A stretch of 64,000 bases of DNA, from the NCBI GenBank assembly GCA_963836755.1, contig CAWIKF010000001.1:160001-224000 (forward strand), in the 5' to 3' direction. The notes beneath the pieces are model-generated. The model was not told the DNA's origin and made no database searches. It saw only the letters and a program-made list of their open reading frames with translations. Shown here in pieces: positions 56,075 through 64,000 of the stretch. The DNA is from an uncultured Verrucomicrobiae bacterium (GTDB taxonomy: Bacteria; Verrucomicrobiota; Verrucomicrobiia; Chthoniobacterales; Chthoniobacteraceae). Positions within the stretch are counted from its first letter, which is position 1. The number at the start of each line of letters is the position of its first letter. The position numbers were made by a program, and so were the translations under genes.

Positions 56075-58969
56075 TTACGGCAAACTGGCGCGCGGCTCGC
56101 ACGACTGGCTTTGCACCGAAACGGTGGCGGGTTTCAATCCTTCGCCGGTGGCGGTGAGCGTAAGCGTGCCGGGCCATTTCGTCGATTGCACGATGACTTG
56201 CGCAAAGCCGTTGAAGGCGCTGCGCATCCAAGGCGACGACGGCATCACGGGCTCGCCGATGAGTTCGAGATTCACGTCGGTGTTGAAGCCGCCTTTTTCC
56301 GAATCCTTCGACACGCAAACGACGATGACGTTGTCGCCTTCGTGCAGCGATTTTTGGATTGGGAAAGGCGGCTGCGGCATCCAGTTGTTCGTCTCGCCGA
56401 TGCGCTTGCCGTTGACATACAGCAAGCCGTTGTCGCCCATGCCGGCAAAGCGAAGCTGGATCAGCGGATTCGCCAGCTCCTCCTTTGTGAGTTGAATGTG
56501 CGTGCGGAAAATCGCGGCCTTTCCCTCGGGCACGACCTCGGTTGGCCCGGGCTGCGGCGGCGGCGGGAGCTCGGGCCATGAAGAGTCGTTAAAGTCCACA
56601 GCCACCGCTTCCGGCGGGGCAGCGTCACGACGTTTCGGCACTTCGCCAAGTTTCCAGCGCCAGCCTGTTACGGGGACGTATTTTTTTCGCGGCTCGGCAA
56701 AGTAGGTATCCGCCTCGTGGCAATTAGGGTCGCCGTTGCCGACGCCGATGATGTTTCCCGCGCCTTCGAGTTGGAAATGGATCGCGTTCATCGCAGTCGG
56801 CACCACGCGGCCTTTCTCATCTTTTATCGCGACTGTGAAAACGCTCAGATCCTCGCCGTTGGCGTTGATCTTCGATCGGTCGGGCGTCAACTCCACCGAC
56901 GCCGGCAGGCCCGTCGTTTCGACCCTTGTTTCCGAGACGACCTTACCGTTGTCGTAACCCTTCGCGCTCAAAGTTCCCGGCGCGTATTTCACCTGCCACG
57001 TGGCGTGATAGTTACGCGGCACCGGTTTGCGACCGAGGCTTTCGCCATTGAGGAAAAGTTCGACCTCCGGCGCGTTGCTCAACGCATTCACTTCAATTTC
57101 CTGACCTTCTTTGCCCGGCCAGTTCCAATGCGGCTCGAGATGCAACACTGGCTTATTCGTCCACCAGGATTGCAGATAGTAATAGTTGTCCTTTGGAAAG
57201 CCGCAGATGTCTAAAACCCCAAATTGCGAGCTGATGGCCGGCCATCGATTCGACGGCGCTGGCTCGCCGCGGTAGTCAAAGCCCGTCCAATCAAAGGCGC
57301 CGCTGAGCCACGGGCGGTCGGCAAAAAATGGCCACCATTTTTCGATTCCGCCCAACCGGCAACTCGCGTAGCCGAGCTTCTGATCGCTGTTGTAAATGCC
57401 GCGCGTGCCGAGGTTGCTGCCCTGCTCGCTGCCGAGGTTCGGCTGGTTGGGATGTTTGGCGTGGTAATTTTCCACCATGGGCGCGCGGTCCGGGTTGATG
57501 TTGTAATTCCAGCCGCGCACTTCGAGCGTGCTCTCGAGGCCGGTGTAAACATCGCCCACATTTTCAGCCGCCGTGACCGCGCGCGTCGGGTCGAGCTTCT
57601 TGACCAGCGCCTGCATCGATCCGCCGACCTTGCCGCCATTCACATCGGTCTGCATCGGCTCCTCATTGCAAAGGCTCCAGAAGGCTACGCTCGGGTGATT
57701 GCGATCGCGCCGCACCTGCGATTCCCAGCGGTGAATATTTGCCTCGTCGCTGCCGAGCGTCCGGCTCTCATCCATCACCAGCATGCCGATCTGGTCGCAC
57801 GCATCGAGCAGTTCCGGCGTCGGCGGATTGTGCGCGGTTCGATACGCGTTGCTGAATTCCTTGAGCTTCGCGATACGAAAATATTGCAGCGCGTCCGGCA
57901 ATGCCGCGCCGACTCCCGCGTGATCCTGATGATTGCAGGTGCCGCAGATTTCGTAGTGTTTGCCGTTGAGGAGAAATCCCTCTTTTGCATCAAAGGTCGC
58001 CGTGCGAATGCCAAACGCCGTCTCCTGCCGATCGACAACTTTGCCGCCGACCGACACGGTTGTGACCAGCTTGTAGAGCCGCGGCGTTTCCGGCGACCAG
58101 AGTTCGTATTTGTCCAGCGCGAGATGCTGATTTGCCGCATCGGATGTGAAATCTTTTTGCGAGAGCGGCTCCAGGTTCACCTGTTCCTTCATCTCGCCGA
58201 CTCGCTTCCCGTTCGGATCAAAAAAAGTTTGCACCACACTCGCCTCCGCCGGCTTGTCGAGCGCGTTAACCAACCGCACCTCCGCATGCAACTCCGCTGC
58301 ACCCTCGGGCACATTCTTGGCGAACTTGCTGTAAACAAAAATGCCGTCGGCTGCGATCGCGACCGGCTCGGCTTTATCGAGCCAGACGTGCCGGTAAATC
58401 CCCGCGCCTTCGTAAAACCATCCCTCGAACCGGCTCGCATCCACGCGCACGGCAATCGTGTTCTTTTTGCCAAAGCGGACGAGATCGCTGATGTCCGCGC
58501 GGAAGGGATAATAGCCGCTCTCGTAATGCCCGACGAACCAGCCGTTGACGTAAACCGTCACGTCGCGAAACGCGCCGTCAAATTGCAGCCAGAACCGCTT
58601 CCCGTTGTCGCTCTCCGGCAGCTCAAATGTCCGGCGATACCAGGCGACGCTTGTCCGCGGAAATCCGGGGCCGACCGGCTTGAACCCGTGCCCCGGATCC
58701 GCCGCCGGGTCGAACGGCAACTCGACCGCCCAGTCGTGCGGCAGGTGGATCGTCCGCCACGCGGTGTCGTCAAAGTTCGCCGCAGCCGGCCCTTTATTGA
58801 CGCCGGCCTTGTTGAGATAAAGCGCGTCCGGCCAGTCATCGCCGAGGTGGAATCTCCAGTTCGCGTCGAGCGAAAGATGCTCGTGCGGCGACGCCTCCGC
58901 AGCGGCGAGATGAGGCGCCGCGCCGGCAACAGCAAAGGCGATACAGACAACAAAAAATCGGAGGTTCAT
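56075..58969 (-). CDS. Secreted glycoside hydrolase family 2 (beta-galactosidase-like)
   Basis: Signal peptide; LPHDW, GWFYEGAGIYRHV, NHQDHAGVG, RDRNHPSV.FWSLCNEE, WTGFDYRGEP. Confidence 0.95.
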   Translation of the reverse strand: MNLRFFVVCIAFAVAGAAPHLAAAEASPHEHLSLDANWRFHLGDDWPDALYLNKAGVNKGPAAANFDDTAWRTIHLPHDWAVELPFDPAADPGHGFKPVGPGFPRTSVAWYRRTFELPESDNGKRFWLQFDGAFRDVTVYVNGWFVGHYESGYYPFRADISDLVRFGKKNTIAVRVDASRFEGWFYEGAGIYRHVWLDKAEPVAIAADGIFVYSKFAKNVPEGAAELHAEVRLVNALDKPAEASVVQTFFDPNGKRVGEMKEQVNLEPLSQKDFTSDAANQHLALDKYELWSPETPRLYKLVTTVSVGGKVVDRQETAFGIRTATFDAKEGFLLNGKHYEICGTCNHQDHAGVGAALPDALQYFRIAKLKEFSNAYRTAHNPPTPELLDACDQIGMLVMDESRTLGSDEANIHRWESQVRRDRNHPSVAFWSLCNEEPMQTDVNGGKVGGSMQALVKKLDPTRAVTAAENVGDVYTGLESTLEVRGWNYNINPDRAPMVENYHAKHPNQPNLGSEQGSNLGTRGIYNSDQKLGYASCRLGGIEKWWPFFADRPWLSGAFDWTGFDYRGEPAPSNRWPAISSQFGVLDICGFPKDNYYYLQSWWTNKPVLHLEPHWNWPGKEGQEIEVNALSNAPEVELFLNGESLGRKPVPRNYHATWQVKYAPGTLSAKGYDNGKVVSETRVETTGLPASVELTPDRSKINANGEDLSVFTVAIKDEKGRVVPTAMNAIHFQLEGAGNIIGVGNGDPNCHEADTYFAEPRKKYVPVTGWRWKLGEVPKRRDAAPPEAVAVDFNDSSWPELPPPPQPGPTEVVPEGKAAIFRTHIQLTKEELANPLIQLRFAGMGDNGLLYVNGKRIGETNNWMPQPPFPIQKSLHEGDNVIVVCVSKDSEKGGFNTDVNLELIGEPVMPSSPWMRSAFNGFAQVIVQSTKWPGTLTLTATGEGLKPATVSVQSQSCEPRASLP

Positions 58970-59219
58970 TTTTTTTTGGAGGTGAATGTTTTGAGAAAAT
59001 CAACCTTCTGCCTTCTCGTGCGGAGAGGATCAAATTTCGTTTGAGGATATAGACCAACAGATGACGAGAAGTCTAGGGCGAAAGTTTAATCTCTCGCCCA
59101 ATCACCTTCCGTCCGACTATCGACAACGCCGCTCGCGCTTTATACAGTATCCCAACGGGCGGATCGGTCGTAAGCCGCTTCTGAGTCGCCTTTTAGAAAT
59201 CCGCAACAGCCCACCTATC

Positions 59220-60170
59220 GTGACACCTACTATCTCCGGTCTGCACCACGTTACCGCCATCGCCGGCGATCCACAGCGAAACCTGGACTTCTATGCCGGC
59301 GTGCTCGGCCTCCGCCTCGTCAAGCGCACCGTAAATTTCGATGACCCCGGCACCTACCATTTCTACTTCGGCGATGCGATGGGATCGCCGGGGACAATCC
59401 TCACCTTCTTTCCGTGGGCGGGGGTGCCGCGCGGGACTCGTGGGACTGGCGAAGTTCAGGCTACTTCCTTCGCCGTTCCGGCCAGCAGCGTCAGCTTTTG
59501 GATCGACCGCCTCAGAGCCAGTCACGTAGCCGCAGAGCGAGCAACCGAGCGGTTCGGCGAAGAAGTGGTCCGTTTCGCGGATCCCGATGGAATGGGCCTG
59601 GAGCTAATAGCGACAACGCCGCTGCCAAAGGTCGCTCCGTGGGACAAAAGTGGCATTCCGGAGGAATTCGCGATCCGCGGACTTCACAGCGTCACCGGCG
59701 CGCTCGAAGGCTACGAGCGCACAGCCGCGCTGCTGACTGATGTGCTTGGGTATCGCCTGCATTCCCAAGATCAAAATCGCTTTCGTTTCGCCATCGGCGA
59801 TGGCAAAGATCCCGGGCAGATACTCGACCTCCTCTGCACGCCCGACAATCATCGCGGGCGCTCCGGCGCTGGCAGCGTGCATCACATCGCCTTTCGCGCG
59901 CCCGATGATGTGCAACAGCTCGCATGGCGCGAGCGGCTCGTCGATCTCGGCTACAACGTCAGCCCCGTCATGGATCGCGACTACTTTCACTCCATCTACT
60001 TTCGCGAGCCCGGCGGAATTCTTTTCGAAATCGCTACCGATCCGCCTGGCTTCGCTCTCGATGAGTCCATCGACGAGCTCGGTCGGAATCTGAAGCTCCC
60101 GAAATGGGCTGAGTCGCAACGCGACCGGCTGCTACAGATTCTTCCCGTCATCACGGTTCCCCATGTCTGA
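59220..60170 (+). CDS. Ring-cleaving dioxygenase (MhqO-like, VOC superfamily)
   Basis: GLHHVTAIA, VKRTVNFDDPGTYHFYFGD, VHHIAFR, DRDYFHSIYFREPGGILFEIATD. Confidence 0.93.
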   Translation: MTPTISGLHHVTAIAGDPQRNLDFYAGVLGLRLVKRTVNFDDPGTYHFYFGDAMGSPGTILTFFPWAGVPRGTRGTGEVQATSFAVPASSVSFWIDRLRASHVAAERATERFGEEVVRFADPDGMGLELIATTPLPKVAPWDKSGIPEEFAIRGLHSVTGALEGYERTAALLTDVLGYRLHSQDQNRFRFAIGDGKDPGQILDLLCTPDNHRGRSGAGSVHHIAFRAPDDVQQLAWRERLVDLGYNVSPVMDRDYFHSIYFREPGGILFEIATDPPGFALDESIDELGRNLKLPKWAESQRDRLLQILPVITVPHV

Positions 60171-60795
60171 CGCGCTCGGATTCTCGCATCGCTTTATCGC
60201 CGGAGAGCAAGGCGACTCCGGGCCTGTGCTGCTTCTCCTGCACGGCACGGGCGGAAACGAGGATGATCTGCTCGATCTCGGGCGCACGCTTCGGCCTGGC
60301 GCCGCGTTGCTCAGCCCGCGCGGCAAAGTTTTGGAAAATGGAATGCCGCGTTTCTTCCGCCGCCTCGCCGAGGGAGTCTTCGACGAAAAAGATCTCATCG
60401 CGCGAACGCACGAGCTTGCGGACTTCGTCGCGCACGCAGCCGACGAGTATGCATTCGATATCGAGACTGTCGTCGCCGTCGGTTATTCCAACGGGGCGAA
60501 TATCGCTGCGAGCGCCTTGTTGCTGCGCCCCGGATTACTGGCGGGGGCCGTGCTGTTCCGCGCGATGGTCCCACTCGTCCCGGAGCAGCTTCCGGATCTT
60601 CAGCATCTTCCCGTCTTCCTGGCCGCGGGCCGGAACGATCCCATCATTCCGCCGCAAAACACGGAGCAACTCGCCACGATGCTGCGCACGGCTGGCGCCA
60701 AAGTAGTGCTGCAATGGAGCGCCGGCGGCCATGGACTTGGTATTGCGGAAATCGAGCAAGGCAAAGAATGGTTGGATTCCACTTACCCGTCTTGA
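60163..60795 (+). CDS. Alpha/beta hydrolase (MhqD-like)
   Basis: LLHGTGGNE, RFFRRLAEG, GYSNGANIA, GGH. Confidence 0.93.
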   Translation: MSDALGFSHRFIAGEQGDSGPVLLLLHGTGGNEDDLLDLGRTLRPGAALLSPRGKVLENGMPRFFRRLAEGVFDEKDLIARTHELADFVAHAADEYAFDIETVVAVGYSNGANIAASALLLRPGLLAGAVLFRAMVPLVPEQLPDLQHLPVFLAAGRNDPIIPPQNTEQLATMLRTAGAKVVLQWSAGGHGLGIAEIEQGKEWLDSTYPS

Positions 60796-60851
60796 TCCGC
60801 CGCAATTCGGTGGGATGAACATGGACGAACTCGACGCAGCGAAATCGTAGG

Positions 60852-61727
60852 ATGCTGCCCAGAATCCTGATTGGCACTGCCAGCTGGCAGGACAAAGAAT
60901 TCGTGCGGGACTGGTATCCGCCGGGCCTGAGCGCGCGCGAGTTGCTGCCATGGTATTCCGCGCATTTCAATTTCGTGGAGGTCAACTCCAGCTTTTACGG
61001 CATTCCGAAACAAAAGAGTGTGCAGACTTGGTGCGAGCAGACGCCCGAGGATTTCGTTTTTGACGTGAAGCTGCACAAAATTCTTTCGCGCCACTCTGCG
61101 GGACCGGAAATGCTCCCGCCCGATTTGCGGAACAAGGCGAGACTTTGGCGCGGCAAGATTGACCTCACGCCCGAACTCGAAGAAGCAGTCGCCGAGCGGT
61201 TCCTTTCCGAGATCGCGCCACTGCGGGAGAGTGGCAAGCTCGGCGCGCTGCTGTTGCAACTTTCACCCGCGTTCAGTCCGCATGAGCACCAGTTGGATGA
61301 GCTCAATCATCTGCTCCATGTCTTGCGCGAGCAGCCGGTCGCCATTGAACTGCGCAACCGCAACTGGATGACGGGCGAACAGCAGGAAGTGACGACTGCC
61401 TGGTTTCGAAAACGGAGTGTGCCGCTGGTGATGGTCGATGCGCCCGCGGCCGAGCATTTCACGATCATGCCGCGCTTTGACATCGTGACTTCTCCAGTCC
61501 TGGCTTACCTTCGGCTGCACGGTCGGGATGAACATGCCTACACCACCGGCAAAACGGTTGCGACTCGGTTCGACTACGACTACTCGGAAGAGGAATTGGA
61601 TGAAGTGGCTGAGCGAGTGGAGGTGCTCACCGAGCAGGTGCAACAGGTGCATGTAGTCTTCAACAACAACCGCTCCCGCTATGCGCCCAAAGCCGCCGAG
61701 AGGTTGCGGCAGGTATTGAAGGTTTGA
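60852..61727 (+). CDS. DUF72 domain-containing protein
   Basis: IGTASW, VEVNSSFY, YLRLHGR, YDYSEEEL, VFNN. Confidence 0.93.
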   Translation: MLPRILIGTASWQDKEFVRDWYPPGLSARELLPWYSAHFNFVEVNSSFYGIPKQKSVQTWCEQTPEDFVFDVKLHKILSRHSAGPEMLPPDLRNKARLWRGKIDLTPELEEAVAERFLSEIAPLRESGKLGALLLQLSPAFSPHEHQLDELNHLLHVLREQPVAIELRNRNWMTGEQQEVTTAWFRKRSVPLVMVDAPAAEHFTIMPRFDIVTSPVLAYLRLHGRDEHAYTTGKTVATRFDYDYSEEELDEVAERVEVLTEQVQQVHVVFNNNRSRYAPKAAERLRQVLKV

Positions 61728-62116
61728 TTGCGAAAGAACTCACCGAAAATTCGTGCGAGGCGAAACGGCCAACTCTTCCGGTGCAAGCGCTTTGATCGCT
61801 CCATGGAGCCGATTGTTACCAAAGGTCTCGTCCGTTCGCGTTTTGTAATAACCTTTATCACGTTACCTGCGGGAATTTTTCTGCCCTGGCGACAGCGGTG
61901 AACGTCACCGCTTTTCCCGCGGCTGTAGAGAGAGTCGCTCACACATCGGCCTCGGGTGCCCTCTGTGCGTGTTCCGCAAAAAAGCACAACGCTACACTCT
62001 AAATGACACACGAAAAAAGATGAAACCATCATAGCTACCACTACTCTTCATTCAGCCTAAACGGCTGTCTTTGACCAAGCTCTAAGACCGTTCCAGTAAG
62101 CTCCTCGATCCTCCAA

Positions 62117-64000
62117 ATGAAATACAAGCAGTCCTTTGCTCTGAAGCTCCGCAGCCACTTTGCAGCCATCCTCGCCGCCGGCGCCGCGGTCAGCGTGTCC
62201 GACCACTCGGCGCACGCACTTAATACCGAGAATGACTACCTCAATGCCTCCACCTCGCTGAACACCCCTGCAAACTGGAGCCTCGGACATGTGCCAACCA
62301 GTTCGGAGGATGCGACCTTTGGCCTCAACTCGATTTCCAACGCCACGATCACGGGGGCCGATCTCATTTGGGGTTCTTTGGATCTCACCGCCAATAAGAC
62401 GATTTCCATCATCAACAACAGTTCCACTACGGATAGCAGCCTTACCCTGAGCGGCGGAACGGGCGACAGCGTGCTCGGGGCGAACGCCAACGATCTCATT
62501 TACGTCGCCAGCGGTGGAACCATCTCCATCAGCAATGGCGGCACGAAAGCTCTCAATCTTATCTTAGGTAAAAGCGGCAATTTCGAAGCTGTCGGAACGT
62601 TGACAATAAATTCCGTCATCTCGGATGGAGGCAATGCCTACGGCATCACGAAGACCGGCGCTGGCACGCTGACGCTTGGCGGTGCCGACACCTACACTGG
62701 CACGACCGCGATCAACAGCGGCACGGTGACAATAAGCAACACCGGCAGTCTGGCCAGCGGGAACAATGTGACCTTCGCCGGCACAGGTGCCTTTGGTGTG
62801 ACAGGAAAAACCGGTGGCAGCACGCAGACGCTCGGCACGCTGCTCAGCAGCGCAGGTGATAACACGGTGACTTCCACCTTCGGCACCGTGGGCACAACGC
62901 TGGCCATCGGCACCTATACGCGCTCGGCAGGGGCAACGACGAATTTTGTCGTCACCAACGGCGCCAACGGTTCGACCAACAAAATCACCTTGGGTAACGT
63001 CACACCGAACACGTTCATCAGTCCGGGCACGTTCTTTGGCGGCAGTTCTTACGCCTTCTACGACACTGGTGGCTTCGTGCGCGCTCTGGACTATACGAAT
63101 GACGCCGCGGCAGCGAATGCCACCACGCAGACGGGAGTCGCCACGGCTTTGACGACAACTGGAACGCCCGCGACGCAGAATGCGCAGTATGTGGGATCGA
63201 CGGGGACGGCTTCCACGGCCGCGAGCTCGACCACTGCCAGCACCACCCTTCCCGTCGCCGCGGGGACGGGGGTGAATTTCGCGCCCGGCGAGGCCATCAC
63301 CGGCACCGGAATCGCGAACAATACCTACGTCACGGCCGTCACCGGCGACACCCTCACCCTTTCGGCGAACGCGACGGTTGCGTCGGGCGCGACTGTAACG
63401 CCCTACAATGAAATCTCGGCCCAGCCGACACAGACGGTCAACACGCTCAACCTTTCGGGTGCTGGTGCCTCGGTGGCGCTGGCCTCCGGTGCGACGTTCA
63501 CCACGAACGGCATCCTGCGTTCGGGTGAAGGAGCGACGGGCGCGATCTCGACGATCACTGGCGGCACGTCGGTCACGGCGGGCGGCAGCACGGACTTCGT
63601 CATCGCCACGCCCGTTTCGACGGACATTTTGACAATCACCACCGCCGTGAATACAAACGGCGTCCTGCTGATGAAATCAGGCTTGGGGACGTTGAATCTT
63701 AACGGAGTGGTCAGCGGCAACGGCGGCGTAGTTCTCAATAGTGGAACTTTGAACCTAAGTGGCAGTAACACCTACTCCGGCGGCACCTTACTATACGGCG
63801 GAAGTTTGGGACAGATCGGCAACGCCACAGCCTTCGGAATTGGCCCTATTACGATCGGTGCACCCAATAGCGGAAACAACATCAGCTTTGCTATCGGCGG
63901 AAGCAACACCTACGCGAATGCCATTACGGTAAACGCGGGCGGGCAGCGCTATGTCTACACTGCCGGCAGTCCAACGTTCACATTCAGTGGGCCAATCACC
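62117..64000 (+). CDS. Large secreted autotransporter-associated beta-strand repeat protein (3' end off window)
   Basis: Manual translation from ATG 62117: signal peptide MKYKQSFALKLRSHFAAILAAG..., then G/T/S/N-rich sequence with repeats ITKTGAGTLTLGGADTYTGTTAINSGTV and SGTLNLSGSNTYSGGT. Not in the ORF track, consistent with no stop before 64000. Confidence 0.9.
   Translation, partial: MKYKQSFALKLRSHFAAILAAGAAVSVSDHSAHALNTENDYLNASTSLNTPANWSLGHVPTSSEDATFGLNSISNATITGADLIWGSLDLTANKTISIINNSSTTDSSLTLSGGTGDSVLGANANDLIYVASGGTISISNGGTKALNLILGKSGNFEAVGTLTINSVISDGGNAYGITKTGAGTLTLGGADTYTGTTAINSGTVTISNTGSLASGNNVTFAGTGAFGVTGKTGGSTQTLGTLLSSAGDNTVTSTFGTVGTTLAIGTYTRSAGATTNFVVTNGANGSTNKITLGNVTPNTFISPGTFFGGSSYAFYDTGGFVRALDYTNDAAAANATTQTGVATALTTTGTPATQNAQYVGSTGTASTAASSTTASTTLPVAAGTGVNFAPGEAITGTGIANNTYVTAVTGDTLTLSANATVASGATVTPYNEISAQPTQTVNTLNLSGAGASVALASGATFTTNGILRSGEGATGAISTITGGTSVTAGGSTDFVIATPVSTDILTITTAVNTNGVLLMKSGLGTLNLNGVVSGNGGVVLNSGTLNLSGSNTYSGGTLLYGGSLGQIGNATAFGIGPITIGAPNSGNNISFAIGGSNTYANAITVNAGGQRYVYTAGSPTFTFSGPIT

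Noticed and set aside
57224..59044. 606-aa plus-strand ORF
   Set aside because: Antisense shadow of the GH2 gene; no motifs.
1..64000. tRNA, rRNA, integrase or transposase genes
   Set aside because: No cloverleaf/T-loop signatures or recombinase/transposase motifs recognised by eye; a covariance scan would be needed to exclude them fully.

Overview
A GC-rich bacterial chromosomal segment. Gene order and content (tyrA-aroA-cmk-plsC, purF-purM, thiH-thiS, a beta-strand-repeat surface protein, CACGGAT-type inverted repeats) suggest Verrucomicrobiota, possibly Chthoniobacterales; this is inference. Left to right: (1) partial DUF362 gene. (2) A ~2.5 kb accessory islet (740-3200): a 31-bp inverted-repeat element, a 12-unit phased 20-21 bp mini-hairpin array directly downstream of an uncharacterised helical protein, decayed DUF2442-like and DNA-methyltransferase remnants, and a membrane Zn-ribbon gene split at a T8 run. 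(3) Mn catalase and a DCC1-LMF fusion. (4) A cNMP-patatin / CoA ligase (one frameshift) / thiolase / FadJ-like / acyl-CoA dehydrogenase operon. (5) DUF1015-thiS-thiH, GT2, DUF151. (6) A CheB-CheR-PAS / PAS kinase / NarL-type regulator module. (7) A 10-gene glycan cluster: glycoside hydrolase, two epimerases, two dehydrogenases, GT4, three CgeB-like GTs, methyltransferase. (8) Envelope, lipid and housekeeping genes. (9) An orphan ArsR, a heavily deleted sodium:solute symporter pseudogene, a GH2, a mhqO/mhqD-like pair, DUF72 and the 5' part of a large beta-strand-repeat protein. No rRNA, tRNA, CRISPR array or transposase was recognised. The best candidate for an undescribed system is the protein plus phased-repeat array at 741-1704. 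All family calls come from motif recognition by eye, not database searches.
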